Positions 38,585 to 47,857 of a stretch of 64,000 bases of DNA are shown here, in pieces (the stretch's first letter is position 1; each line of letters starts with the position of its first letter). Location: the NCBI GenBank assembly GCA_943356495.1, contig CALRFF010000001.1:92864-156863 (forward strand), read 5' to 3'. The position numbers and the translations under genes were made by a program. The notes under the pieces are model-generated. The model was given only the letters and a program-made list of their open reading frames with translations. It did no database searches and was not told the origin of the DNA. The DNA is from Candidatus Nomurabacteria bacterium. Its GTDB lineage: Bacteria; Patescibacteriota; Minisyncoccia; Phycocordibacterales; SBAW01.

Positions 38585-39575
38585 GGTCGAAGGTATTTTC
38601 GTCTTTTGTTATTTCTTCTTTACTGCGGTCATCCAGAGCGGAGGCGGAATCATCCTGAGCAAAAGTCTGGCCTGCCGAGCTCTTTGGGTCTGGCTCGGAC
38701 AGGAGACCCGAGGACTTTTGATCGGGTGATTCTGCTGTAGCCTTTATCCGCGCTGCCAAGTGACTAAAGATAACGCGCAAATCATCTTCGTTAACAAAGT
38801 CGATAGCCAGCTTGCCGCCGTTTTCTTTAGTTTCGATAGCCACACGCGTACCGAGCGCCTCGGTAAGCTCTTTCTCCATGCTTAAAATTTCTGGTGAGTA
38901 CAAGTATTCCTTTTTGCGAACGCGGTCGGTGGCAATACGGCGTGCAATAGCTTCGGTGTCGCGCACCGTTAGGCGCTTAAGCAACACCTCTCTAAACAAA
39001 GTCTCCTGTTCCTGCGGCCGGTCGGCGAGCATAAGGAGCGGGCGGGTGTGGCCCTCGGCAATTTTGCCGTCCGAAAGCGCTTGCTGCATAGTTTCGGGCA
39101 AGGCAAGCAGGCGCAGGGTGTTGCTCACATACTCACGGCTCTTGCCCACCTTTTGAGCGACTTCGATATGCTTAAAACCAAATTGTTTGCAGAGTTGGTC
39201 AAAGGCTTTGGCGCGATCTATGGGGTTAAGGTCCTCGCGCTGCAGGTTTTCTATAATCGCGAGCTCAAGTTTGGTTTTGTCGTCGTCTTGCCCCGCGCGG
39301 ATAAGCACCGGCACTTCGCGCAGGCCCGCAAGCTTCGAGGCGCGCAGACGCCTCTCCCCTGCAATAAGCTCGTACTCAGTGGCTATGCCGCCGTCTTGGC
39401 GCTGTACCTCGACACGCGACACAGTAAGCGGCTGTATAACGCCGTACTGACGGATAGAGCGGCTAAGGTCGTCAAGCTTGGCTTGGTCAAACTCTTTGCG
39501 GGGCTGGAACGGGTTGGGGCGGATCTTGTCGACCTCGACCCAAAAAATGGCGTTGTTATAAAACTGCGGAGGCAT
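38565..39575 (-). CDS. parB: ParB/Spo0J partitioning protein
   Basis: 'PNPFQPR', 'IAGERR.RA', 'IENLQREDLNP', HTH. Confidence 0.95.
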   Translation of the reverse strand: MPPQFYNNAIFWVEVDKIRPNPFQPRKEFDQAKLDDLSRSIRQYGVIQPLTVSRVEVQRQDGGIATEYELIAGERRLRASKLAGLREVPVLIRAGQDDDKTKLELAIIENLQREDLNPIDRAKAFDQLCKQFGFKHIEVAQKVGKSREYVSNTLRLLALPETMQQALSDGKIAEGHTRPLLMLADRPQEQETLFREVLLKRLTVRDTEAIARRIATDRVRKKEYLYSPEILSMEKELTEALGTRVAIETKENGGKLAIDFVNEDDLRVIFSHLAARIKATAESPDQKSSGLLSEPDPKSSAGQTFAQDDSASALDDRSKEEITKDENTFDPNSFSL

Positions 39576-39603
39576 GCGAGTATTCTACCAGATTTTTACT
39601 TTG

Positions 39604-39687
39604 TGCCGGGAGAGAGAATCGAACTCTCATGATGTTGCCATCGCGGGATTTTGAGTCCCGTGCGTCTACCAATTCCGCCATCCCGGC
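39604..39687 (-). tRNA. tRNA-Leu(CAA)
   Basis: CGGGA-CTCAAAA-TCCCG anticodon arm; long variable arm. Confidence 0.94.
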
Positions 39688-39706
39688 CTGTCTGCCGACA
39701 GGCAGG
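39687..39706. repeat. Palindromic repeat family A copy (CCTGTCTGCCGACAGGCAGG) abutting the tRNA-Leu 5' end
   Basis: 18/20 identical to the copy at 61004-61023. Confidence 0.75.
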
Positions 39707-39786
39707 CCTCGCCTCAAAATACCATTCTTGCCGCCTTTTCTCCAGCGTGGTAGCATCGTGGGCAGAGACAAACATTCGGAGGAAGC

Positions 39787-40461
39787 ATGGGTGGCATCAT
39801 TCTTGACATCGACAAGGCAGACCTCAGTCTTCGCAGACAACTGGTTCGGTACGGACCGATGCAAGGATTTTGGGGCGTAAAGCTTGGTGACGAAATCATC
39901 GACTGCGGCCTCACGACTGCAACCAGTCCGTTCGTCAACCGGCACCACGTCTTTGTCGACCTCAAGCACTACGACGTGCGCGACCGGCTCGCGCGCATAG
40001 TCAGAAAGTATGCGCGAGGTGCCGAATATGCACCAAAGTTCCTGACCATATCAGGGGCGCGACCAGTCGAGGCCATTGCGGCTGCGGTCGCTGAGCGGGG
40101 CCCGATCGACATCATCGTCACCGGTCCGCTCTCTGATGACCACCTAGCGGACGAGGAAGATGTTGCCGAGACTCTCGATAAAGTTTACGAATCGGGGGCG
40201 CAGGGCATTACCTGCCCTGCATGGCTACTACCCGAAAGTCCGTTAAAGACATACGACGGCCATGTCGTCACCACGGGGGTGGTGAGTAAAGGGGTCGCTC
40301 GACGGCACCACTTCAACCCGCGACCGCTGGAGTTTGCCCTAGACTATGGGGCGACACACGTCGTGGTCGGCACCGAAGTGACCGAAAGCGACGACCCCTT
40401 CAAGACACTGCTCGGGCTCGTCGCCCGCTGGCACAAACACAACCTGACGCCCGCACACTAG
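39787..40461 (+). CDS. pyrF: Divergent orotidine-5'-phosphate decarboxylase-like protein
   Basis: 'GVKLG', 'FVDLKHYDV' (DxKxxD), 'GATHVVVG.EVT.SDDP'; adjacent to pyrE. Confidence 0.65.
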   Translation: MGGIILDIDKADLSLRRQLVRYGPMQGFWGVKLGDEIIDCGLTTATSPFVNRHHVFVDLKHYDVRDRLARIVRKYARGAEYAPKFLTISGARPVEAIAAAVAERGPIDIIVTGPLSDDHLADEEDVAETLDKVYESGAQGITCPAWLLPESPLKTYDGHVVTTGVVSKGVARRHHFNPRPLEFALDYGATHVVVGTEVTESDDPFKTLLGLVARWHKHNLTPAH

Positions 40462-40528
40462 CGGGCGCTTTTTCTTTTTATGCCGCTGTGGTACGGTCGG
40501 TGCAGATGGATAACCGGGAGAGAGTCTC

Positions 40529-41170
40529 ATGGATGAGCGCCGCGTTAAAGAACTGCTGACCCGCGCCGGAGCGTTCGGGAACGGACACTTTGTCTTCACC
40601 ACTGGCGTGCATAGCGCGACGTACATCAACAAGGACGCCGTGTTTACCCGCACGCGCATTACCGACGAGCTGTGCAAGATGTTTGCCTTGGCCTTCGACA
40701 AAGACAATGTCGAGGTTGTGGCCGCTCCCGAAAAGGGTGCCATCGTGCTCGGACAAGGTGTGGCACGCTGGCTTGAGCACTGGCGCACACTCAGTTCGCG
40801 GCCGGAGGTGCTGTCGGTCTATGCCGACAAACTCGAGGGCGGCGGATTTATCTTCAAGCGGGGCTACGCGCAACATATTCCCAACAAGCGCGTGCTCGTG
40901 ATCGAAGACCAGCTCACCAGCGGCGGCTCGGCCAAACGCACGGTCGAGGCGGTCAAGACCTTGGGCGGCATCGTGGTGGGTGTCGGCGCGCTCAATAACG
41001 GCGGCGTAACCGCCGAGGATCTGGGGGTCACGAAGCTCGTTACCCTACTGAGTATCCGACAGCAGACCTTTGCTCCACACGAGTGCCCCTTGTGCCGCGA
41101 CGGTGTGCTTATCAACACCGACATGGGCCACGGCAAGGAGTTTCTCGCACGGCAACGAGCCCCGGCATAG
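40529..41170 (+). CDS. pyrE: Orotate phosphoribosyltransferase
   Basis: 'GHF...G.HS..YI', PRPP motif 'VLVIEDQLTSGGS', 'CPLC'. Confidence 0.88.
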   Translation: MDERRVKELLTRAGAFGNGHFVFTTGVHSATYINKDAVFTRTRITDELCKMFALAFDKDNVEVVAAPEKGAIVLGQGVARWLEHWRTLSSRPEVLSVYADKLEGGGFIFKRGYAQHIPNKRVLVIEDQLTSGGSAKRTVEAVKTLGGIVVGVGALNNGGVTAEDLGVTKLVTLLSIRQQTFAPHECPLCRDGVLINTDMGHGKEFLARQRAPA

Positions 41171-41202
41171 CGCCGGGGTTTTTTATTTTGTAGAGTGGCG
41201 GT

Positions 41203-42042
41203 ATGAAGCCTAAAGTCATTGCCATAGTAGGGCCGACCGCCTCGGGCAAGTCTGCTCTGGGTAATTTTCTTGCTACTAAACTTAGCGGCGAGGTTATCGC
41301 CGCCGACTCGCGGCAAGTGTACAAAGGCATGCGGGTTATCTCGCGCGCCGAGCGCGGGCACATGGTCGGTGTTGCCGACCCGCGCAAACAATACAGCGCC
41401 GGTGCCTACCAAAAAGCCGCAGAACGAATACTACGATATATCGTAGTATTCAAGAAAAAGGTGCCGATTGTTGTGGGCGGAACAGGGTTTTATGCCGATG
41501 CTTTACTGCGCGTTCCCCTGCCGCAAGTAGCGCCCAACGCTACACTGCGCACAACGCTCGCTAAAAAGACTCCGATGCAGCTGCTCGCAATGCTCAAAAA
41601 GCTGGACCCAAAGAGTGCCGCGCGCGTCGACCCAAAAAACATCGTGCGTCTGGTGCGCGCTATCGAGATAGTTAAAGCGTTGGGCAAAATACCCGCCCCT
41701 ATATACTCTTCCCCATATACCACGTTGTGGCTGGGGCTCCCAAACTCTAAAAATCTTACAGCCGGTGTCGAGGCACGACTCAAGGCCGGTATGGTAGCCG
41801 AGGCAAAAAAACTGCGCCGCACACTAAGCAAAAAACGCTACAAGGAGCTGGGGTTCGAGTTTGACCTGCTAGCCGACTATATAGACAAAAAAATTACCAA
41901 GCAGCAGTTAGTCGAGCGCATCGCCAACAGCGAACGAAAGTATGCCAAGCGCCAAAGCAAATGGTTTAAACGTTACAAAGATATACACTGGGTCAAAAAC
42001 AAAACAGAGGCGTTAAAACTTTCTAAAACCTTTTTACAGTAG
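41203..42042 (+). CDS. miaA: tRNA dimethylallyltransferase
   Basis: 'GPTASGKS', 'ADSRQVY', 'VGGTGFY', 'RLVRAIE', 'YAKRQ.KWF'. Confidence 0.95.
   Translation: MKPKVIAIVGPTASGKSALGNFLATKLSGEVIAADSRQVYKGMRVISRAERGHMVGVADPRKQYSAGAYQKAAERILRYIVVFKKKVPIVVGGTGFYADALLRVPLPQVAPNATLRTTLAKKTPMQLLAMLKKLDPKSAARVDPKNIVRLVRAIEIVKALGKIPAPIYSSPYTTLWLGLPNSKNLTAGVEARLKAGMVAEAKKLRRTLSKKRYKELGFEFDLLADYIDKKITKQQLVERIANSERKYAKRQSKWFKRYKDIHWVKNKTEALKLSKTFLQ
41426..41451. repeat. Palindromic repeat family B copy inside miaA (26-bp perfect palindrome)
   Basis: GAATACTACGATATATCGTAGTATTC; 18-bp core shared with 60937 and 61502. Confidence 0.8.
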
Positions 42043-42113
42043 CGGGCCCACGAGGAATCGAACCTCGACTAACGGTTTTGGAGACCGTTGTTCTACCGTT
42101 AAACTATAGGCCC
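42043..42113 (-). tRNA. tRNA-Trp(CCA)
   Basis: ACGGT-CTCCAAA-ACCGT anticodon arm. Confidence 0.93.
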
Positions 42114-42137
42114 AACGGGCCAATAATAGCAAAAAAT

Positions 42138-42296
42138 CTACTTTTTGGCCTCTTTGTGAGGGGTGGAGACGCGGCACCAATTGCAAAACTTTTTAAGCTC
42201 GATTTTGCGGGTGACGAGCTTTTTGTTTTTGGAGCTCCAATAGTTAATGCGCTTGCATTTCTGACACTGGAGTTTTATAAGGCGGTCTTGTGACAT
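42138..42296 (-). CDS. rpmG: 50S ribosomal protein L33 (Zn-binding type), not in the ORF track
   Basis: MSQDRLIKLQCQKCKRINYWSSKNKKLVTRKIELKKFCNWCRVSTPHKEAKK*. Confidence 0.95.
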   Translation of the reverse strand: MSQDRLIKLQCQKCKRINYWSSKNKKLVTRKIELKKFCNWCRVSTPHKEAKK

Positions 42297-42335
42297 GACC
42301 AAACGACTATACCGTATATGGCTTTGTTAGGCAAA

Positions 42336-42896
42336 CTAGAGCTTGGTCGCCCCCGGACAGAAGGAGAAGCCCAGGTTCTTGCCCGAGTAGATGCTGTTAA
42401 CCTGGCTCGGTATGCTTACCCAATAGCGCAAATTGCACGCCTGAAGCCCCGATAGGCCCAGCTTCGCAACCAATACCTGTTCTGCATGCTTGCGCGTGTC
42501 GGCAACCGGCTCTTTTAAAAGAGAAACGATAAAGCTCTGATCCACAGAGGTATATACGATGCTGAACTCCGGAAAGCTGTCGGTAGCGGTGGTTTGCCCT
42601 GCAAGATAGTAGTGTCCGGCATTGTTCGGGTCAGGAATCGTAGCGGCATCTTTAAGAAAATCCTTTACCGTGATGGTGCCGCCGAGCTCGGAGGCTACCT
42701 CAAACATGCCAGGCTCCTGTGCTCCAGTTCCTGGTGTTACCGAAACGCTCCCTCCGCTAGGAATATACGAGGTGCCATCGGCATTGTATGCAGGGGTAGG
42801 AGTCGGTGCCGAGGATGACCACAAAAAAAAGGCTGCGGCCAAACATACCCCTGCCGCCACCACAACCCCTATCGCGATTATCAGAGCTCGTTGCAT
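42336..42896 (-). CDS. Membrane-anchored hypothetical protein
   Basis: N-terminal TM; C-terminal Cys pair ('ACNL', 'FSFCPGA'). Confidence 0.7.
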   Translation of the reverse strand: MQRALIIAIGVVVAAGVCLAAAFFLWSSSAPTPTPAYNADGTSYIPSGGSVSVTPGTGAQEPGMFEVASELGGTITVKDFLKDAATIPDPNNAGHYYLAGQTTATDSFPEFSIVYTSVDQSFIVSLLKEPVADTRKHAEQVLVAKLGLSGLQACNLRYWVSIPSQVNSIYSGKNLGFSFCPGATKL

Positions 42897-42911
42897 AAGA
42901 GTTTAAGTATA

Positions 42912-43988
42912 TCAATATCCGCACGCTCCCGCAGTGCTCCAATTGCGGATGCCGTTCGGGGTGTTATTAAGCAGCTGCTGCGCCGTATACGTATTGCACT
43001 CGATATTTTGCGCCGCGCTCACACACTGCGCATACAATTCCTGGTCCGCCACGGTCGCCTTGTAGTTCTTACCGTTAAAGGCCTGCGGGCAATTGAGCTT
43101 TTGCCCGTTCGGGCACGAAACCGGGTTCACCGAAATGTTTATTTGATACATGCCCCACGAAAAAGATCTGTTATCGGCCGTAACGTCCGACTGGCTTGCC
43201 CGGCCGGGGTCGCAACTACTTTCTCTCTGGGCGATACAGGACATGGCCGCTGCATTGTTTCCCCATGCATTAGAGAGAGCTCCCGGCGAACAGTCACCTT
43301 TACCAGTTTGGCTGGGGGCGGAGAGTACCGCGTCGCTGACTACGTTGTCATTTTCATCAAGGCATTTCCCGCTGACAACCCGCAGATCTGAACCCGCATT
43401 ATCAGGGCATACCAAGCTGTTACTGGACGATTGCTGAAGCGTGGGCGCGCCTGTTAATTGTCCTTGCGCGTTGTAGCAGTAGCCGTCTGTCCCCGCCGTA
43501 CCACTTTGGCATCCGTAGGAAGCGCTATTGGTGGCCGGAGTAATTGTCGACTTTTGCACACCCGATTGCTGAAACAGCTGCCCTATGTTTTTGTCCATCG
43601 GCCGCACCAAGCCGATGCAGCTAAATGTGGTCCAGCTTTGATACCCCGGAGCAAGTGTTTTTAGCACCGTCTGGACAATAAGCCAGCCGGCGATTGCGAT
43701 ACAAAACCCGATAAGCACCGAAGTAAATATTTTATGCGCTTTTTCTATCTGGCTCGTATTTTCGCGATTGCTAAAGTACAGCCACCCCGCGTAAGAAAAC
43801 ATAATAGCCGCGAGCGGGATGGAAAGCCCGATAGCAAAGTTGATGATGTTTTGTATCAACTGGTCGAAGGTGCACAAGTTGCAGTCGACGGCACCTTGGC
43901 ACGGCACTAGCTCTGCGGCTAGAGCAACCATCGGGACCCCTACCCATACAACACCGGCTGCCGCATACAAAAAAGCACGGAGCTTCAT
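42912..43988 (-). CDS. VirB2/TrbC-like pilin fused to a lytic transglycosylase/lysozyme-like domain
   Basis: 'LVPC..CNLC..L.QNIINF...YAG..Y....A.KI....IG..IA..GWLIV'; C-terminal 'IAQRESS', 'SWGMYQIN'. Confidence 0.7.
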   Translation of the reverse strand: MKLRAFLYAAAGVVWVGVPMVALAAELVPCQGAVDCNLCTFDQLIQNIINFAIGLSIPLAAIMFSYAGWLYFSNRENTSQIEKAHKIFTSVLIGFCIAIAGWLIVQTVLKTLAPGYQSWTTFSCIGLVRPMDKNIGQLFQQSGVQKSTITPATNSASYGCQSGTAGTDGYCYNAQGQLTGAPTLQQSSSNSLVCPDNAGSDLRVVSGKCLDENDNVVSDAVLSAPSQTGKGDCSPGALSNAWGNNAAAMSCIAQRESSCDPGRASQSDVTADNRSFSWGMYQINISVNPVSCPNGQKLNCPQAFNGKNYKATVADQELYAQCVSAAQNIECNTYTAQQLLNNTPNGIRNWSTAGACGY

Positions 43989-44025
43989 GCCTTAATCATA
44001 CCGTAGAATTTTAGACCAACCTCTA

Positions 44026-44212
44026 GTGCGCCGGGGAGGAATTTCTCCCTCGACTAAACCTTTGCCGTCGCAAACTTTTGTCTGGGCACCGCCTCGCTCC
44101 CAAGCGTGCTCGCTTGGGTTCCGCTCCGGCGTTCGAATCCTCCCCGCAAGATATCCCATATCTTGCTCCGCGCCACAAAAGAAAAAACCCGCCAAAGCGG
44201 GTCTTTTCTTTT
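44026..44212. mobile_element. Non-coding nested-palindrome element at the tRNA-Tyr 3' end, bounded by a 15-bp direct repeat
   Basis: GTGCGCCGGGGAGGA at 44026 and 44213; inverted T-arm copy at 44131-44146; internal hairpins. Confidence 0.55.
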
Positions 44213-44213
44213 G

Positions 44214-44296
44214 TGCGCCGGGGAGGATTCGAACCTCCGTAGCCCGAAGGCGACAGGTTTACAGCCTGTTGTAATTGACCACTCTACCACCGACGC
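44214..44296 (-). tRNA. tRNA-Tyr(GTA)
   Basis: ACAGG-CTGTAAA-CCTGT anticodon arm; variable arm. Confidence 0.94.
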
Positions 44297-44322
44297 AATT
44301 GCACCAAGTGTGCAATCGTATA

Positions 44323-47016
44323 TTACGCTCCAACCTTCTCTTCTGCAACGACAGATTTTGCCACGCGGGTGCGTGCGGACTTTTTAACGTCAAAGGTAAA
44401 CTCCCCGTTTTTAACCCCTACCTCTACCGAGCCGCCGGAGAGTATCCCGCGGGACACCATCAGAGACGCGATTTTTGTAAGGATTTTGTCCTGTATCAGG
44501 CGGCGCAACGGGCGGGCGCCGTAGTGCGGATTGTAGCCTTCTTTAGACAAGTACTCATAGACCGAGGGTGCGATAGTTAGCGTAATATCCTTTTGCACAA
44601 GGCGCTTAACCACCTCGGTAACCTGTATACCGACAATTTCTTTTACTGCGTCGGGGGAAAGGATATTGAAGATAATTATCTCGTCAATGCGGTTAAGGAA
44701 CTCGGGACGGAAGAAGTCTTTAAGGCTCTGCTCCACCTTTTCTTTAGCCAGCACGTAGTTGCGTTGGTCGCTCGCTCCCCCGGCTTGGAAGCCGATTTGC
44801 TCCATCTTGTCGATATACTGCGCGCCGATGTTGCTGGTCATGATAATGATCGTGTTGCGGAAGTTGACCTTGCGCCCTTTGGCGTCGGTAAGCGTGCCGG
44901 CGTCCAATACTTGGAGCAAAATGTTAAACACCTCGGGGTGCGCTTTTTCTATCTCGTCAAACAGCAACACCGCGTACGGCCGGTGGCGCACCAACTCGGT
45001 CAATGCTCCGCCCTCTTCGTGCCCCACATAGCCCGGCGGCGCGCCTATAATTTTAGAAACACTGTGCTTCTCCATGTACTCGGACATGTCGACGCGGATA
45101 AGCGCGCGCTCGTCGTCAAACATAAACTCCGCGAGCGCTTTGGTAAGCTCGGTCTTGCCGACACCGGTCGGCCCCAAAAACATAAACGACGCGATGGGGC
45201 GGTTGGGGTCGGCAATGCCCGCGCGGCTGCGTTTAACCGCGTCGGCGACTTTTTGCACGGCCTCGCTCTGCCCGACCACGCGGCCTTGGAGTACCGCCTC
45301 GATACGGGACAATTTTTCCGCCTCCTCTTCGAGCATGCGCGAGACAGGCACGCCGGTCCACTTGGACACAATGCTTGCGATGTCGGGCTCGGTAATCTCT
45401 TCTTTAAGAATGCGGCGCGTGCTCTGCAGTTTTTTGAGTTTCTTTTGCTTTTGCTCCAGCTCGCGCTCAAGGCTGGGTATCTCGCCGTAGCGGATCTCTG
45501 CGGCGCGCGACAGGTCTACCGCCGCCTCGGCCGAGTCGGCCTCAATGCGCAGGCTCTCGAGCTCTTTTTTGATTGACTTGATATCCTGCAAGACCTGCTT
45601 TTCGTTCTTCCAGCGCTGCTCAAGCTCGTGAGTTTGTTCTTTAAGATCGGCGATATCTTTTTCTATCACCTTTACGCGCGCCTTGGCGGTGCGGTTGCCG
45701 TCCTCGCCCTCGGCCTCTTTGCGCAGAGCCTCTTTTTCTACCTCTAGCCGCATAATCCGGCGGTGGGCGTCCTCGAGCACGGGAGGTTTGTTTTCAAGCG
45801 AGATACGCAACGAAGAGGCCGCCTCGTCGATAAGATCAATCGCCTTGTCGGGCAAAAAACGGTCGGGTATGTAACGGGCGCTCAGCTGTACCGCCGCCAC
45901 CAGCGAGTCATCGGTAATATGCACGCCGTGAAATAGTTCGTACTTTTCTTTAAGGCCACGGAGTATCGCTACCGCATCGTCGGTACTGGGCTCCATTACG
46001 TATACCGGCTGGAAGCGCCGCTGAAACGCCGGGTCGCGCTCAATATGTTTTTGGTACTCGCGCAACGTGGTAGCGCCTATGACGTGCAGGTCGCCGCGCG
46101 CGAGTGCGGGCTTAAGCATGTTGCTCGCGTCCATAGCGCCCTCGGCCGCACCGGCGCCTATCATGGTATGTATCTCGTCGATAAACAAAATTATTTTGCC
46201 CTCAGAGCGCTCTATCTCCTTCATAATCGCTTTCAGGCGCTCCTCAAACTCGCCACGGTACTTGGTACCGGCAATAAGCGAGCCCAAGTCAAGCGACACC
46301 AGCTCTTTGTCGCGCAAACTTTCGGGGCAGTCGCCGGTTGCGATGCGCGAGGCAAGGCCTTCGGCAATCGCGGTCTTACCTACGCCGGCCTCGCCGATAA
46401 GTATCGGGTTGTTTTTGGTGCGGCGGGACAAAATTTGGATAACGCGTTTAATCTCCTCGTCGCGGCCGATAACCGGGTCGAGTTTGTTTTCCGCGGCCAT
46501 TTTGGTAAGCGAACGGGTGTACTTGTGGAGCGCGCGGTACTTGCCCTTTTCTTGCGCGGGTGCCTGCTTTTGGGTGCGTAGGTCGGTAAGCGCGCGCATC
46601 ACCGCCTCGCGGGAAATGCGGAACCGGCTAAGCATGTCGCGCGCCGCGCCCGGCACGTCGATAATCGCTATAAAAAGATGTTCGGTCGACACAAACTCGT
46701 CGTGGAGCTCGGTCGCGATTTTTGCCGAGCGCTCAAGCGCCTGCACCAGCTCGGGGGTCAGGTACAACTGATAGCTCGGGGACAGTACGGAGCCCGCACC
46801 CGGCGCCTCCAGCGCTTCGAGCACGGTGTCGGTTAACAGGGCCACATCAACCTCCATCTTTTCGAGCACGGAGGTAACCGGCGACTCTTCTTGCAGGAGC
46901 AGGGCCGCGAGCAGGTGCGCGGGGCTTACCTGATTTTGGCCGCGTTCGACCGCGAGCTCATGCGCGCGGCGTACCGCCTCTTTTGCTTTTGTAGTGAAGT
47001 GGTTGAATGGTGGCAT
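44323..47016 (-). CDS. clpB: Clp/Hsp100 chaperone ClpB
   Basis: Two AAA+ domains ([16 protein letters not shown]), long middle coiled coil, 'GAPPGYVG'. Confidence 0.94.
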   Translation of the reverse strand: MPPFNHFTTKAKEAVRRAHELAVERGQNQVSPAHLLAALLLQEESPVTSVLEKMEVDVALLTDTVLEALEAPGAGSVLSPSYQLYLTPELVQALERSAKIATELHDEFVSTEHLFIAIIDVPGAARDMLSRFRISREAVMRALTDLRTQKQAPAQEKGKYRALHKYTRSLTKMAAENKLDPVIGRDEEIKRVIQILSRRTKNNPILIGEAGVGKTAIAEGLASRIATGDCPESLRDKELVSLDLGSLIAGTKYRGEFEERLKAIMKEIERSEGKIILFIDEIHTMIGAGAAEGAMDASNMLKPALARGDLHVIGATTLREYQKHIERDPAFQRRFQPVYVMEPSTDDAVAILRGLKEKYELFHGVHITDDSLVAAVQLSARYIPDRFLPDKAIDLIDEAASSLRISLENKPPVLEDAHRRIMRLEVEKEALRKEAEGEDGNRTAKARVKVIEKDIADLKEQTHELEQRWKNEKQVLQDIKSIKKELESLRIEADSAEAAVDLSRAAEIRYGEIPSLERELEQKQKKLKKLQSTRRILKEEITEPDIASIVSKWTGVPVSRMLEEEAEKLSRIEAVLQGRVVGQSEAVQKVADAVKRSRAGIADPNRPIASFMFLGPTGVGKTELTKALAEFMFDDERALIRVDMSEYMEKHSVSKIIGAPPGYVGHEEGGALTELVRHRPYAVLLFDEIEKAHPEVFNILLQVLDAGTLTDAKGRKVNFRNTIIIMTSNIGAQYIDKMEQIGFQAGGASDQRNYVLAKEKVEQSLKDFFRPEFLNRIDEIIIFNILSPDAVKEIVGIQVTEVVKRLVQKDITLTIAPSVYEYLSKEGYNPHYGARPLRRLIQDKILTKIASLMVSRGILSGGSVEVGVKNGEFTFDVKKSARTRVAKSVVAEEKVGA

Positions 47017-47031
47017 AGAGTGTGTTGCGGG

Positions 47032-47817
47032 TTATTGCATCAGCGTGTAGAAGTCGCTTCCTATACTAAGAGAGTCGGTGGTGACAATGCCTATCGCTTC
47101 GCCAAAGACCGTAAGCAGGAGGGACCCTGGAGTGCTTGAGACTACGCTGGCCTCGATTAAATCGCGATGGGCCTCGGGGAGTTTTGCTATAACACCGGTA
47201 CCCACTGTGTCTTGTCCTACCCCGCCGATACGTATGACGGACTGACCCAAGTGTAATTTCAGCGGGTCTGCCAGCGCTACAGCGGTAATAACCGACTTGC
47301 TCGAGCTGGCGAGCTTAAGGTCGAGTATCGCAAGCGAGGTGGTGCCTACCGGTATACGCATAACGGCGGGGACCCGCGAGCCGTCGGGCAAGATAGCCTC
47401 GAAGTTTACGGTACCCATGGGCTCGAGACTCCCGCGGTCGGAGTACACGACGCCCTTAGCGTCTATAACAACGCCGCGGGCTACCAAGGTGTCCGGCTGG
47501 TTAAGACCGACCAAGCGCACAATGCTGCTTTGCGCTTTGGCGATAGACTGGGCGGCGAGGTCGTCGTCTTTTACGATAACGGTGGTCTCTTTGGTGACCA
47601 CTGCCGCACCCTGATTTTTAACGGTTGATACTATCGGAGCGGCCGGAACTACCTTTTCGATCGTGCGTTCGACTATTTGGTTGATAGTGCGGCTGATTTC
47701 CGGCGGGGCCTGATTCATCAGGGACACCGTGACAATGCCGGTAGCGATGGACGTCATAAAGCTCACAAGAAGCGTGAGAAGCACTATCTGATGTTTAGTG
47801 AGCTTCTCTATATCCAT
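47032..47817 (-). CDS. Membrane-anchored trypsin-fold (HtrA-like) protein, catalytic motifs degenerate
   Basis: TM; 'G.VID..G.V', 'LAILDL', 'L.LGQSVI.IG', 'GVI', 'GS.L....GE.IGI'; no GNSGG. Confidence 0.6.
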   Translation of the reverse strand: MDIEKLTKHQIVLLTLLVSFMTSIATGIVTVSLMNQAPPEISRTINQIVERTIEKVVPAAPIVSTVKNQGAAVVTKETTVIVKDDDLAAQSIAKAQSSIVRLVGLNQPDTLVARGVVIDAKGVVYSDRGSLEPMGTVNFEAILPDGSRVPAVMRIPVGTTSLAILDLKLASSSKSVITAVALADPLKLHLGQSVIRIGGVGQDTVGTGVIAKLPEAHRDLIEASVVSSTPGSLLLTVFGEAIGIVTTDSLSIGSDFYTLMQ

Positions 47818-47857
47818 ACGTACCGTAAGTATAGGATATTTGTAGGAAAAAACAAAC

